Below, piece by piece: positions 38,101 to 51,027 of a stretch of DNA of 64,000 nucleotides. Where the stretch lies: positions 5,644,001 to 5,708,000 of the forward strand of contig CM075993.1 in NCBI GenBank assembly GCA_038087875.1. The letters run 5' to 3'. This DNA comes from Malacoraja senta (taxonomy: Eukaryota). Made by a program: the position numbers and the translations under genes. Numbering within the stretch: position 1 is the stretch's first letter; each line of letters begins with the position of its first letter. The notes under the pieces are model-generated. The model made no database searches. It was not told where the DNA came from and saw nothing but the letters and a program-made list of their open reading frames with translations.

Positions 38101-38320
38101 AGAAGCACATCGCCTAACCCCAGAAAGTAATACTTATTCACCACTCTAAGTGGATGCTGGGTGGGACCTGCAGCTCTGCAGGTTGGAGGGAGGAGTTGAA
38201 AACCATGGTTATTTACTGAAACAGCTGTAGCTTTGAATAGAGATACAGGCACTTCAGCCCACCGAGTCCAGACCGACCATCGATCACACGGACACCGAAG
38301 ATAGACACAAAATGCTGGAG

Positions 38321-38432
38321 TCTTCTTCTTCTTCTTGCGAATGGAACATAAATAAACCAAAGGTTTATAAAATAAACAAAAGTTAAATCTCAAGCCGGGG
38401 TGTTGAGCAGCCAGGTTGTTGTCTCTGCGTCA
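38321..38432 (-). mobile_element. Vingi/Ingi-like LINE 3' end (a related end lies at about 29207-29258)
   Basis: Minus strand ends ccattcgc(aag)n; the other copy ends gccatacac(aag)n. Family assignment is from recall only. Confidence 0.45.
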
Positions 38433-38604
38433 TAGAAACATAGAAACATAGAAACGTAGAAAATAGGTGCAGGAGGAGGCCATTCGGCCCTTCGAGCCTG
38501 CACCGCCATTCACTGTGATCATGGGTGATCGTCCCTGATCGTCTCAAATCAATAACCCGTGCCTGCCTTCTCCCCATATCACTTGATTCCACTAGCCCCT
38601 GACA

Positions 38605-38701
38605 AAAACCTCCGGGAACCTCCGGGAACCGCACGGAAACCTTGGGTGGGGCGCAGAGTCTCCAGAGGTTTCCGTTCAGGTTTCCTAAGTGGGACAGGGG
38701 C
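38605..38701. mobile_element. Right end of a further Harbinger-like MITE subfamily
   Basis: Ends taagtgggacaggggc, with an interior unlike the other subfamilies. Confidence 0.55.
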
Positions 38702-39349
38702 AAGTTGCTGTTGTGCCTTTGCTCCTGTTCTCACAGCCGGGCTGATTTAACTACACAAAGCAAAGGTATACAGAGGCTGTGCGCGACACCAGTGCACTGA
38801 CCCCAGCTGCTGCACAGGGTCGCGCATTGTGCCTTAGCCCTTTGACCTGCCTGCTTGTTGACGGGACTATTATCTTTGACCATCAGTCCCTGGGCAATGC
38901 TGCACTGCGACCTCTGACCTCCGACACGCATTAAAGGGCCATTTGGCCACACATTTTCTGCAAAGGTCAGCCAAAGGGAGACCCATGGGTCCTTTGGTCC
39001 AGCGTGACTTGGTTAATGGAGCGGCTTCTGAGTACAGGTCCTTCCTAATGCAGGATGAACCCATTGTCCGAACAGTAGGCAAGGCAGGCAAAATGGTGGA
39101 AGCTTTTATTGATGGAGTTATGTCGAGTCAAACAGGCCTTTCATCCCAAATGGCCCATGCCGGCCAAGATTCCCCATCTAAGCTAGTCTCATTTGCCTCA
39201 GTTTGGCCTCTTATATCTCTAATGCTTCCCTTTTCATATGCCAGTCATGGCCTGGATAGAGTGGGTGTGGAAGGAGTGTTTCTACTAGTCGTGGAGCCTA
39301 GGACTAGAGGGTTGTCCTTTTATTCTCCAGTTTTAGGGATGCAGCGTGC

Positions 39350-39858
39350 ACAATAGACAATAGACGCAGGAGTAGGCCATTTGGCCCTTCGAGCCAGCAC
39401 CGCCATTCACTGTGATCATGGCTGATCATCCCCAATCAGTACCCCGTTCCTGCTTTCTCACCATATCCCCTGACTCCGCTATCTTTAAGAGCTATATCTA
39501 ACTCTCTCTTGAAAGCATCCAGAGAAATGGCCTCCACTGCCTTCTGAGGCAGAGAATTCCACAGATTCACAACTCTCTGGGTGAAAAAAACTTTCCTCAA
39601 CTCCGTTCTAAATGGCTTACCCCTTATTCTTAAACTGTGGCCCCTGGTTCTGGATTCCCCCAACATCGGGAACATGTTTCCTGCCTCTAGCGTGTCCAAT
39701 CCCTTAATAATCTTATATGTTTCAATAAGATACCCTCTCATCCTTCTAAATTTTAGTGTATACAAGCCCAGCCGCTCCTGTCTATCAGCATAGGACAGTC
39801 CCGCCATCCCGGCAACCTACGCTGCACTCCCTCAATATCAAGAATGTCCTTCCTCAAA
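39350..39858 (-). mobile_element. CR1 3' fragment
   Basis: 123-aa ORF MAGLSYADRQERLGLY...GTGY. Confidence 0.9.
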
Positions 39859-39959
39859 CAGGCCCTTCAGCCCAACGAGTCCACACCGACCATCGATCAC
39901 CTGTTCACACCAGTTCTTAACCTATAAACCCGCACGTCTTTAGGATGTGGGAGGAAATG

Positions 39960-39975
39960 CGTGTGTGTGTGTGTG

Positions 39976-40044
<69 letters not shown>

Positions 40045-40101
40045 TTATGTGTATGTGTATATATATATGTGTGTGTGTATGTGTTTATGTGTATGTGTAT
40101 G

Positions 40102-40134
<33 letters not shown>

Positions 40135-40141
40135 ATGTGTG

Positions 40142-40174
<33 letters not shown>

Positions 40175-40278
40175 ATGTATATATATATATGTGTGTGTGT
40201 GTGTATGTGTGTATATATATATATTGTGTGTGTGTGTGTGTATGTATCTATATATGTGTGTGTGTGTGTATGTGTGTG

Positions 40279-40368
<90 letters not shown>

Positions 40369-40453
40369 TATATATATATATGTGTGTGTGTGTGTATGTA
40401 TCTATATATGTGTGTGTGTGCGTGTGTGTGTGTGTGTGTGTTTGTGCATATAC

Positions 40454-40511
<58 letters not shown>
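39960..40511. repeat. Compound (TG)n/(TA)n/(GA)n microsatellite
   Basis: About 550 bp of alternating TG and TA blocks ending in a GA run. Confidence 0.98.
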
Positions 40512-40949
40512 GCAGGCTGAAGAAGAGAAAGCTTCCACATGTCCAGAATGTACATTGAGCCCTCCAGCAACAGACAAGAGTTGAATGTGCAGTCGAGTGT
40601 AGGAGATTTAAGCTGGAAGCAGAATCACTTACTGAGAAAGGCAAAGATAAGGCTGTGAGTTCATACCAGAGCAATGGGCATTGTGCCAGCTACAAAACAT
40701 GGAGGCTGATCTGTCTGAGCTGAGTCATGTTTGAAGCTGTGAATAGATGTACTGTTAAGTGTCTCCCCTTAATGCCAGGAGATGTATAGCCAACAGGAAA
40801 CCTTGGTTTAAAACAATCCTTGCCATGATCCTGCCATTGGCAATGTCAACATTCATTACCCGAGCTGGGATGAGCGCTGAGAGGATTTGCGAAAATATTT
40901 CCCAGACTCCAGGGCCTGAGTTAAAGGGGGTAGGTTGTGCAGGCTCGGA

Positions 40950-41655
40950 CTATATTCCTTGGAGCACAGGAGGGGTGATCTTATAGAGGTGTATACAGTG
41001 AGATCATGAGGATGAATAGACAGGGTAAATGCACACTTTTACCCAGAGTGGGGGTATCGAGAACCAGGGGATGCGGCTTTAAGGTGAGAGGGGAAAAACT
41101 GAAGAGGTACCTGAGTGAGGGGAAACGTTTTCACACACAGAGGGTCGAGCTGCCAGAGGAGGTAGTTGAGGCAGGTACAATATCAGCATTTAAAAGACAT
41201 TTGGGCAGGTACGTGGATAGGGTAGGTTTAGTGGGATACAGAGCAAACAAGGGGTCACAGTTTAAGGATAAGGGGGAAGTCTTTTAGGACCGAGATGAGG
41301 AAAACATTTTTTACACAGAGAGTGGTGAATCTCTGGAATTCTCTGCCACAGAAGGTAGTTGAGGCCAGTTCATTGGCTATATTTAAGAGGGAGTTAGATG
41401 TGGCCCTTGTGGCTAAAGGGATCAGGGGGTATGGAGAGAAGGCAGGTACAGGATACTGAGTTGGATGATCAGTCATGATCATATTAAATGGCGGTGCAGG
41501 CTCGAAGGGCCGAATGGCCTACTCCTGCACCTATTTTCTATGTTTCTATGTTTCTAAACACAGGCAAATGGGACTAGTGTAGCTATGGGCATCTTGGTCA
41601 GCAGGGGCAAGTTGGGCCGAAGGGCCTGTTTCCATGCTGTTTGACGCTATGACTG
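40950..41655 (+). mobile_element. Older CR1 3' end with a younger CR1 fragment (about 41250-41555) nested in it
   Basis: The old tail resumes aaacacaggcaaatgggactag after the (tttctatg)n tail. Confidence 0.75.
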
Positions 41656-42073
41656 TATCCCATTATATCGCACAGTGCAAAACACAAGAAGGAAGCTGTT
41701 TGTAGCAGAATTTCTTTTTACTCCCCAGAGTTATTAGTGTTGTATCCAGATATAGCAGAAGCCACAGTGTGATGGATGGATTGGGGCTAGGTTAACCATT
41801 GAGTGCCCAGTCTCAGCGCTGGCTGAGGCTGCAGGATGGCGCTGGGTGGCGAGGCTGGCACTCGGTACGACAGGTGCAGGCAGTGTCACAGTCTCACCTG
41901 GGGAGACAGTTCACAGGCTGCGTGGCTTCAACAGTGTATAGGATGCAACTGCAGATGCTGGTTTACACCGAAGACAGACACAAAATGCTGGAGTAACTCA
42001 GCAGGACAGGCAGCGTCTCCAGACAGAATGAATGGGTGATGTTTCGGGACGATCCCCAAGATCCAATCTGAAG

Positions 42074-42608
42074 TAGGGTCGCCAACTTCCTCACTCCCAG
42101 ATAAGGGACAAATGGTCAAAATACGGGACAAATTCCCGACGGCAATCCATTGACCGACTCAGCCGTGGCTGGGTGGGTGAACGATGAGTAGGCCCGGGTG
42201 CTGGACTGCACACAAAGCCCAGCCGGTGGGCCAGCTGAGGAGTTTTGACCCGACCGACATCGCGCGCAAAGTCCAGCGCCCCATCCAACTCATGAACCGA
42301 TGATCATCCATGAGAAGGAGGGGTGGTGGTGGTGTCGGGGGTAAGCGAAGACCCGAAGGTCGGACAGCTGGCCGGGCTGCCGACCGACCGACGGGGCCAC
42401 GGGCGAGGCGCTGCTGCTGCTGCACTCCATGGGCTGCACTACGTCGGGACGGGTGAGGCGGGGGCCGGACGCGGCGCTCCGACCCGACAGTCCCCTCGAC
42501 CCGAGTAGTAGCGGTCAAATACGGGACATGGGCGGTCCCGTACGGGACAAACCAATTTAGCCCAATATACGGGATGTCCCGGCTAATACGGGACAGTTGG
42601 CAACCCTA
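42074..42608. mobile_element. hAT (Blackjack-like) MITE, copy 2
   Basis: TIRs tagggtcgccaac / gttggcaacccta. Highly similar to 16177-16696; no clear TSD. Confidence 0.8.
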
Positions 42609-42947
42609 GTGTGAGTTCAAGTCCCACTCCAAAGACATAGGAACAAGATTCAGTCTGGGGAATGAGCTCCACTGTGCGAATGTCGCAAAGCGGAAAGTGT
42701 TGTCCCTCGAGTGACTGAGGTCCCTCATTCCCGCCGGCAAGTTGGAGACCAGGGAAGCTCTACCCCATTTTGTTCTAACACGGGAACAGATAATGTGCCC
42801 ATCATCTTAGTTTTAAATGTAGTCATACAGCGCGGAAACAGGCCCTTCGGCCCACTGAGTCCGTGCCGACCATCGATCCTCCCACATTAACACCATCCTA
42901 CACAGACTAGGGAGAATTTTACATTTACCCACCAAGCCAATTAACCT

Positions 42948-43321
42948 CCAATAACCAACCTGATCTCCCGGTGGCTCAGCACTTCAACTCCCCCTCCCAT
43001 TCCGTATCTGACCTCTCTGTCCTGGGCCTCCTCCATGGCCTGAGTGAGGACCACCGGAAATTGGAGGAGCAGCACCTCATATTTCACTTGGGCAGTTTAT
43101 ACCCCAGCGGTATGAACATTGACCTCCAATTCCAGGTACTCCTCACTGTCTCCTCCCCTTCTCAGCTCTCCCTCAGCCCTCTGGCTCCTCCTCTTCCTTT
43201 CTTCTTCCCGCCCCCACCCGACATCAGTCTATAGAAGGGTTTCGGCCCGAAACGTTGCCTATTTCCTTCGCTCCATAGATGCTGCCTCACCCGCTGAGTT
43301 TCTTCAGCACATTTGTCTACC
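42948..43321 (+). mobile_element. Penelope-like element 3' part inserted in a SINE
   Basis: PVAQHFNSPSHS..LEEQHLIFHLGSLYPSGMNID (GIY-YIG C-terminus), followed by a terminal repeat whose hammerhead core is mutated to ctataga. Confidence 0.88.
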
Positions 43322-43362
43322 CTACAAACCTGTGCGTCTTTGGAGTTTGGGAGCAAACCAAA

Positions 43363-43640
43363 CCTTCTGAACCTTCTGAATTTTGTAGTCGGCAGGGCAG
43401 TACTCTGCATATCGCCAACTTAGACAATTTAACATTTTTTATCAAGCCAATTAACCAAGCCAATTAACCTACAAACCTGTACGTCTTTGGAATGTGGGAG
43501 GAAACCGAAGACCTCGGAGAAAACCCATGCAGTCACGGGGAGAACGTACAGACTCCGTACAGACAGCACCCGTAGTCGGGATCGAACCCGGGTCTCTGGC
43601 GCTGTGAGGCAGCAACTCTACCGCTGCGCCACCGTGCTGC
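43363..43640 (-). mobile_element. HE1-type SINE variant with an alternative 3' tail
   Basis: Normal head and V-domain, but ends ...gccgactacaaaattcagaaggttcagaagg. A second copy lies at 55358-55645. Confidence 0.75.
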
Positions 43641-44390
43641 CTGATGCGTGGGAGCTTGCCGTTTGCAACTTTGCAGCCACCTTCGCTGTTACTCCTCAGC
43701 GACTACACTGTATAATTAGCTCTTCCTCTGCAAAGGCTTGGCATGTTCAGAATCTGTGAAGAAAAACCTTAAAAATAACCGATTACCGTTGCCAAATCTC
43801 CAGGATTGTCCCCAGAATTAGAGCTCGATGCTCAGACCAATTCTGGAAGAAACATGGTGTCACCAACAAGTGTATTTAATAGGAAGGTGAAAATTTCATT
43901 TTTGAATTACTCAGGAAATTAGCATTAAAAATATTGCTTATGGAAAAAATGAATTAGATGCCAAGCATTGAGGAATTTAGTACCAGTGTCAGGGATTATG
44001 GGGAGAAGGCAGGAGAATGCGGATAGGAGGGAACGATAGGTCGGCCATGTTTGAATGGCGGAGTAGACTTAATGGGCCTCTAATGGCCTAATTCTGCTCC
44101 TATCATTTGTGACCTTATGATCTTATAGAAACATAGAAAATAGGTGCAGGAGTAGGCCATTCGGCCCTTCGAGCCTGCACCGCCAATTCAATATGATCAT
44201 GGCTGATCATCCAACTCAGTATCCTGTACCTGCCTTCTCTCCATACCCCCTGATCCCTTTAGCCACAAGGGCCACATCTAACTCCCTCTTAAATATAGCC
44301 CTCTTAAATTATGATCTTCAAAGTCCAAGCTACAGATTTCAGACATGAATTCACACCAGTACGAGATGTCAAATCAGTTAAAGGTAACAT

Positions 44391-44695
44391 GGTAGACAAA
44401 AATGCTGGAGAAACTCAGCGGGCGAGGCAGCATCTATAGGAAATAGGCAACGTTTTGGGCCGAAACCCCTGAAGGAAATAGGCAACGTTTCGGGCCGAAA
44501 CCCTGAAGGAAATAGGCAACGTTTCGGGCCGAAACCCGGAAGGAAATAGGCAACGTTTCGGGCCGAAACCCGGAAGGGTTTCGTCCCGAAACGTTGCCTA
44601 TTTCCTTCGCTCCATAGATGCTGCCTCACCCACTGAGTTTCTCCAGCATTTTTGTCTACCTTCGATTTTCCAGCATCTGCAGTTCCTTCTTAAAC
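44391..44695. mobile_element. Penelope-derived palindrome with an internal tandem unit of about 32 bp
   Basis: Direct repeat aaaggtaacatggt at 44380-44393 and 44696-44709. Confidence 0.85.
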
Positions 44696-45164
44696 AAAGG
44701 TAACATGGTGCCTGCCTTATGGGGACTGGTAGAACTGTACACTACGTAACAAGCACCTGGTACCCTTGCATTCTATCTTTACTGATCCACTCAGAACTCT
44801 TTACCTTTGGGACTTTATCACGAAGGCGAGGCACTCAAGCAGGGAAGACAATGTTCTGGCTGTCTGTATTAAATGAGAGCAAAATATCATCTAAGGGTGA
44901 TCTTCACCTCCCACGTACTTCATAGGGAGCGCCACTCTGCGAAAGATGCCACCTTTTTGGATGAGATGTTAAACTTAAGTTGTTACTTGTGGGCGGAGCA
45001 CCAAGGCGAATTCCTTGTATGTGAATACTTGGCCAATAAACTTACTTACTTACTTACTTAAGTGTTGTCACCCGTCCCCCACCCCCCCCTCCCCAATCCA
45101 CCCCATCTCAGGCCGTTGAATCACCTTCATGAAGAATAGGGTTGTTTCTCCCCATCAATGACTC

Positions 45165-45745
45165 ATAGAGTCATAGAATGATACAGCATTGAAACGGGCA
45201 CCGGCCCAACTTGCCTACACCAGCCAACATGTCCCAGCTACACTAGTCCCACTTGCCCGCGCTTGGCCCATATCCCTCCAAACCTGTCCTATCTATGTTT
45301 CGTAAATGTTAGGATAGTCCCTGCCTCAACTACCACCTCTGGCAGAAGAAGGGTTTCGGCCCGAAACGTTACCTATTTCCTTCGCTCCATAGATGCTGCT
45401 GCACCCGCTGAGTTTCTTCAGCATTTTTGTGTACCTACCACCTCTGGCAGCTTGTTCCGTACACCCACCACCCTCTGTGTGGAAATGTTACCCCTCAGAT
45501 TTCTATTAAATCTTTTCCCCTTCACCTTAAACCTATGTCCTCTGGTCCTCGATTCCCCTACTCTGGGCAAGAGACTCTGTGCATCTACCTGATGTATTCC
45601 TCTCAAGATTTATACACTATAAGATCACCCCTCGTCCTCCTGTGCTCCAAGAAATAGAGTCCCAGCCTGCTCAACCTCTCCCTATAGCTCACACCCTCTA
45701 GCCCTGGCAACATCCTCGTAAATCTTCTCTGCACCCTTTCCATGC
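45165..45745 (-). mobile_element. CR1 3' fragment with a hammerhead-family insert
   Basis: The insert is flanked by the direct repeat ctaccacctctggcag. Confidence 0.8.
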
Positions 45746-46377
45746 TTGGCAGCTTTCTTGATCAGTACGAGTGTCAGGGGTTACGAGGAGAAGGCAGGAG
45801 AATGGTGTTTGGAGGGAGGGATAGATCAGCCATGATTGAATGGTGGGGTAGACTTGATGGGCCGAATGGCCATATTCTGCTCCCAGAGCTTATGAACCAT
45901 GAGTCACCTTGCCCAACAATGGTCCCTCAAAAGCCCACCAGAGCTCCCTATGCTCAACATCACTCCCTTGAATGGCATGTTTCAGCCTTGAGGTGAGATG
46001 AGATAGTCTTTTGCTTTGGACTTTGTCCCTGGAGCCAAGGGTGCTGGGGCTTGACCTGAAAGAGGTGTATGAGAAATAAAATGAGGCCCGTAGACAGAGT
46101 GGAAGGTGAGAAGCTTCTCTCAAGGTGTCCAAGACCAGTCCTAGATCTAAGGTGAGAGATTTAGATCTGAGGAATCTCTTCACCCAGAGGGTGGTATCTG
46201 GGACTCACTGCCTGAAGAGGTGGAGGAGGCAGAGATTCTCACAACATATAAGTAGCATTTAGACCAGAACTTGAATCACCTGGACATAGACACAAAACCC
46301 CTTCTCAGTAGATCATCCTCCTGGTTTGGAAATATATTGCTGATTGCTAGGTGATCACTGGGTCTAAATCTTGGACT

Positions 46378-46762
46378 TCCCTCTCCCTTTCTCCCTCAAC
46401 CTCATCCCACCCTCCCCCCCCTCCTCCCCCCTTCCTTCTCCCCCCCTTACTCCACCATCCCCCTAGCCCCCTCCCCCAACCCCCCTCCTCCCCTCCCCTT
46501 CTCCACCCCATCCACGTCCACCCCCTCCCCATCCACTTCCACCCCCTCCCCCCACTCCCCTCCACTTCTCCTCCCCATCCACTTCCACCCCCTCCCCCCC
46601 ACTCCCTCCTGCCTCACCCTTCCCCCTCCTCGCCCCTCCCCCCGACCAACCCACCCCCCTCCCTCTCCTCCTCCTCCCCTTCCACCCCTCCCCCACACAC
46701 CCCCTCCCCACCCTTGCCCCCCTCCCCCCCCAACCCTCTCGCCCTTGCCCTACCCACCCCCT
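46378..46762. repeat. C-rich polypyrimidine low-complexity tract
   Basis: Runs of C3-C7 with almost no G on the + strand. Confidence 0.95.
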
Positions 46763-47082
46763 GCAGGAGCACTATACCAGAGGACCACACTGGCTCAGCC
46801 CCACCTTCTCAAGACCTTCAGGGTTCGGCAACAAATGCTAGACTTGCAGCGGTGTCCTCATCCCGTGAAAGGATAAAAATAAGGAGTAATTGAATCCCTC
46901 AATGGCCCAGTGCAATTTAACTCAGCCCTGCTTTAATGGCCTGTCTGAGTGCATATTCTCAACCACAAGTAATGCTGTTTTCACTGAAGTCAGAGTTATT
47001 TTGCAGCATGACTCAGATTTGTTCTTGGCCTTTCATTGACTGAACATAGAATTGTTGCATCAGCATGGGTTAGTTGGGTGGT

Positions 47083-47790
47083 TCCCTCCCTCTCCCTCTC
47101 CCTCTCCCTCTCCCTCCCCTCTCCCACTCCATCTCCATCTCCCTCTCGCTCACTCCCCCCCCTCCCCCTCCTCTTCTCCCTCTCTCTTCCCCCTCTCCCT
47201 CACTCCCTCTCCCTCACTCTCCACCTCTCCCTCACTCTCCACCTCTCCCTCACTCTCACCTCTCCCTCACTCTTCTCCCCTCTCACCCTCTTTCTCCCTC
47301 TCCCTCTCTCTCCCTCCTCCACCCTTTCCCCACCTGCACAATGACTCTCTCCCTCTCCCTCATCTTTCCCTTTCCGGCCTTCTCCTCTCTTGCTCTCTCT
47401 CTCCCTAATCTCTCTCCCCCCTAAGTCTCTCTCCCCCTCATTCTCTCTCCCCCTAACTCTCTCTCCCCCTAACTCTCTCTCCCTCTATCTCTGTCTCCCC
47501 CTAACTCTCTCTCCCCCTAGTCTCTCTAAATTGCACTGGGCCATTGAGGGATTCAATTACTCCTTTCACTCTCTCTCTCCCCCCTCACTCTCTCTCCCCT
47601 AACTCTCTCTCCCCCTAACTTTCTCTCCCCCTATCTCTGTCTCCCCCCCACTCTCTCTCTCCCCCTAACTCTCTCTCCCCCTAACTTTCTCTCCCCCTAT
47701 CTCTGTCTCCCCCACTCTCTCTCTCCCCCTAACTCTCTCTCCCCCTAACTCTCTCTCCCCCTAACTCTCTCTCCCCCTAGTCTCTCTCCA
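47083..47790. repeat. CT-rich tract and (CTCTCTCCCCCTAA)n-type minisatellite
   Basis: Repeated ctctctccccctaa units from about 47400. Confidence 0.93.
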
Positions 47791-48118
47791 CCTCCCCATA
47801 ACCCCTGACACCCGTTCCAATCAAGAATCTATCTATCTCTGCCTTAAAAATATCCACTGACTTGGCCTCCACAGCCTTCTGTGGCAAAGAATTCCACAGA
47901 TTCACCTCCCTCTGACTAAAGAAATTCCTTCTCATCTCCTTCCTAAATGAACGCCCTTCAATTCTGAGGCTGTGACCTCTAGTCCTAGACTCTCCCACTA
48001 GTGGAAACATCCTCTCCACATCCACTCTATCCAGGCCTTTCACTATTCTGTACGTCTCAATGAGGTCACCCCCTCATTCTTTAAACTCCAGCGAGTACAG
48101 GCCCAGTGCAGTCAACGC
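47790..48118 (-). mobile_element. CR1 fragment
   Basis: Translates as KGLDRVDVERMFPLVGESRTRGHSL. Confidence 0.88.
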
Positions 48119-48369
48119 TGAATCAGAATCTGAATCAATCTATTGGCCAAGTATGAACACATAGTACAAGGAATTTATCTTGGTGCTTTGTCCACACATG
48201 GCAAAAACATAATATACAGCAGAAAATTAAAAAAAAAAACATTATAATTTAAAAATTTAAATAATTTATAAGTGCAAGTGTAAAAAGGGGCAACTTTGCT
48301 AAATATTGCACATGTAGATATCTAAAGTGCACTTGGCGAGTTCATGTGTGTGGCTTGCAGACCAGAATG

Positions 48370-48745
48370 TATAGAAACATATAAAATTCTTAAGGGATTG
48401 GACAGGCTAGATGCAGGAAAAATGTTGGGGGAGTCCAGAACCAGGGGTCGCAGTTTAAGAATAAGGGGTAGGCCATTTAGGACTGAGTTGAGGAAAAACG
48501 TTTTCACCCAGGGTGTTGTGAATCTGTGTAATTCTCTGCCACAGAAGGCAGTGGAGGCCGATTCACTGGATGTTTTCAAGAGAGAGTTAGATATAGCCCT
48601 TAGGGCTAATGGAGTCAAGGGATATGGGGAGAAAGCAGGAAAGGGGTACTGATTTTAGATGATCAGCCATGATCATGTTGAATGGCGGTGCTGGCTCAAA
48701 GGGCCAAATGGCCTACTCCTGCACCTATTGTCTATGTTACTATGT
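48370..48745 (+). mobile_element. CR1 3' fragment
   Basis: Translates as IETYKILKGLDRLDAGKM...GYGEKAGKGY. Confidence 0.88.
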
Positions 48746-49347
48746 AGCGGTGTAGTTCGGGCGTTAGGTAGAGCTACCATTGACTGCACCAGACTGTATT
48801 ATTTCACATCTCTGAGATAGGATAACCTTCAGATGCAGAGTTGACCCCACAACCTTTTTGACTCGGAGATGAACGTTGCTTCGTCATAGCAACGCGGGTA
48901 AAGGAGTGGGAATTGTAAATAAAAGATGTATTCAAGAGAGAGTTAGATTTAGCTCTTAGGGCTAACAGAATCAAAGGATATGTGGAGAAAGCAGGAGTGG
49001 AGTCCTGATTCTGGATGATCAGCCATGATCATATTGAATGGCGGTGCTGGCTCCAAGGGCCGAATGGCCTAGTCCTGCACCTATTGTCTATGCTTATATG
49101 TTTCTATAATGAGAGCTGGCTAGTGCACAGGGATTCAAACAAAGGGCAAATTTAGAATTGAGGTTAGTAATTACTGATTCTTATACTCGCTTGGAGCAGA
49201 ATCTTTAAGAGTCAAGAGTGTTTATTTGCCACATGAGCCGGCAACAGGACAACGACATCCTCACTTGCTGCAGCTTAACAGGCCTGTTAACACAATAGCA
49301 AACAGATAAATATATAACAATTAATAATACGATACATTAAAAATAGC

Positions 49348-49929
49348 AGGGGGCACAATGGCAAAGTTGGCAGAGTTGCTGGATTCGATCCTGACTTCGG
49401 ATGCTGTCTGTGCGGAGCTTGCACGTTCTCTCTGTGACCGTGTGGGTTTCCTCTAGGTGCTCTGGTTTCCTCCCACATCCCAAAGACATACAGATTTGTG
49501 GGTTGATTGACACTCTTTAAATTTGCAACTAATGTTTAGGGAGTGGATGGGAAAGTGGTTAGCATGGACTTGGTGGGCCGAAGGGCCTGTTTCCATACTG
49601 TATCTCTAAATTAAGTTAACCATAATAGTCATAATCGTGCAGAACCGAAACAGGCCCATCGGCCCACCGAGTCCGCGCCAACCAGCGATCCACGCTCATT
49701 TACACTATCCTACACTGACACTAGGGACAATTTTACATTTACACCAAGCCAATTAACCCTACAAACCTGTATGTTTTTGGAGTGTGGGAGGAAACCGAAG
49801 ATCTCGGAGAAAACCCACGTGGTCACCAAGAGAACGTGCAAACTCCGTGCAGACAGCTCCCGTAGTCGGGATCGAACCCGGGTCTCTGGCGCTGTGAGGC
49901 AGCAACTCTACCGTTGCGCCACCGTGCCG
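49348..49929. mobile_element. Two HE1 SINEs tail-to-tail (+ 49348-49612, - 49640-49929)
   Basis: Opposed V-domains and tails. Confidence 0.8.
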
Positions 49930-50630
49930 TAGTTAGGGTGGGAAATGAGAAAATCGGTCTGAAGAAGGGTTTCGGCCCCGAAACGTTGCCTATTTCCTTC
50001 GCTCCATAGATGCTGCTGCACCCGCTGAGTTTCTCCAGCACTTTTGTCTACCTAGAAAATGAGAACCGTCTGAGATGGAGTCAATGGTGCCCTGGGAGAG
50101 ATTTCTTGATGGAAGAAATGATGTGGACAGAATCACTTGCTTCCACTAAACCTGCGAGCAGAAGTCGTAATCATTAGGAAAAATTGGGAGTTGAGCTAAA
50201 TCTGAAATGTTCTTGAAACTGGATCAATCCAAGAATTGCATCAGCCAGCCAGCTGAAAAACGGCAATGTTGTTCCAATTAAACACCAAGCCCAGAAACAT
50301 GATCCATCCAACTAAATCAACATCTGCAGCAGGGAGAACATCGTGCTGGGTTATAATGGAGGGGGTGGAGCGTCCATGCAGAACAGGGAGCTCTCTTGTG
50401 GGTGGTGGGGCCGGGATCTACATTGGGAGCTTGGACACTAGAAACTGGGATGATGGCCCACTGTCGGTATGAGGGATTGCCGTGCTGTCAGTGATGCCGT
50501 ACTGGTAGATGAGGCACCCAACCGTGAGCTCTTCTAGCCTCTTGTGGTCCAATGAGTCACAGAGTCATTCAGCACAGAAGCAGGCCCTTTGGCCCATCAT
50601 ATCAATGCCGCCCATCCAGTACCACTCTAT

Positions 50631-50861
50631 GTTTTTAAGAAGGAACTGCAGATGCTGGAAAATCGAAGGTAGACAAAAATGCTGGAGAAACTCAGCGGGT
50701 GCAGCAGCATCTATGGAGCGAAGGAAATAGGCAACGTTTCGGGCCGAAACCCTGAAGGAAATAGGCAACGTTTCGGGACGAAACCCGGAAGGGTTTCGGG
50801 CCGAAACGTTGCCTATTTCCTTCGCTCCATAGATGCTGCTGCACCCGCTGAGTTTCTCCAG
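50631..50861. mobile_element. Penelope-derived palindrome
   Basis: Direct repeat cagtaccactctat at 50617-50630 and 50862-50875. Confidence 0.85.
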
Positions 50862-51027
50862 CAGTACCACTCTATATTCATTTCATTTACCAACACTTGC
50901 CCCATAGCCTTCTCGGCCATGGTGATTCAAGTGCTCATCTAGATAGTTTAATTTTTGAGATGCCGCGCGTAAACTGGCCCTTCGGCCCATCGAGTCCGCA
51001 CCGACCAGCGATCCCCGCTAACACTGA

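Noticed and set aside
38943..39356. 137-aa ORF
   Set aside because: The 3' half runs through degenerate LINE sequence and no domain is recognisable.
39945..40577. Long Cys/Val/Tyr or His/Thr ORFs
   Set aside because: They are translations of the TG/TA microsatellite.
42609..42790. Ancient Deu-type SINE remnants (also near 1420-1470 and 44925-44975)
   Set aside because: Resemblance is from memory and the sequences are too degenerate to bound or support as features.
44440..44575. CRISPR-like array of palindromic repeats of about 32 bp
   Set aside because: The units are directly tandem with no unique spacers, derive from the Penelope terminal repeat, and there are no cas genes in this eukaryotic context.
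46351..47602. Pro/Ser/Leu-rich ORFs
   Set aside because: They are translations of C/CT low-complexity tracts, with no convincing splice signals or recognisable domain.
47400..47790. Interstitial telomere
   Set aside because: CCCTAA hexamers are separated by CT runs and are not tandem (TTAGGG)n.
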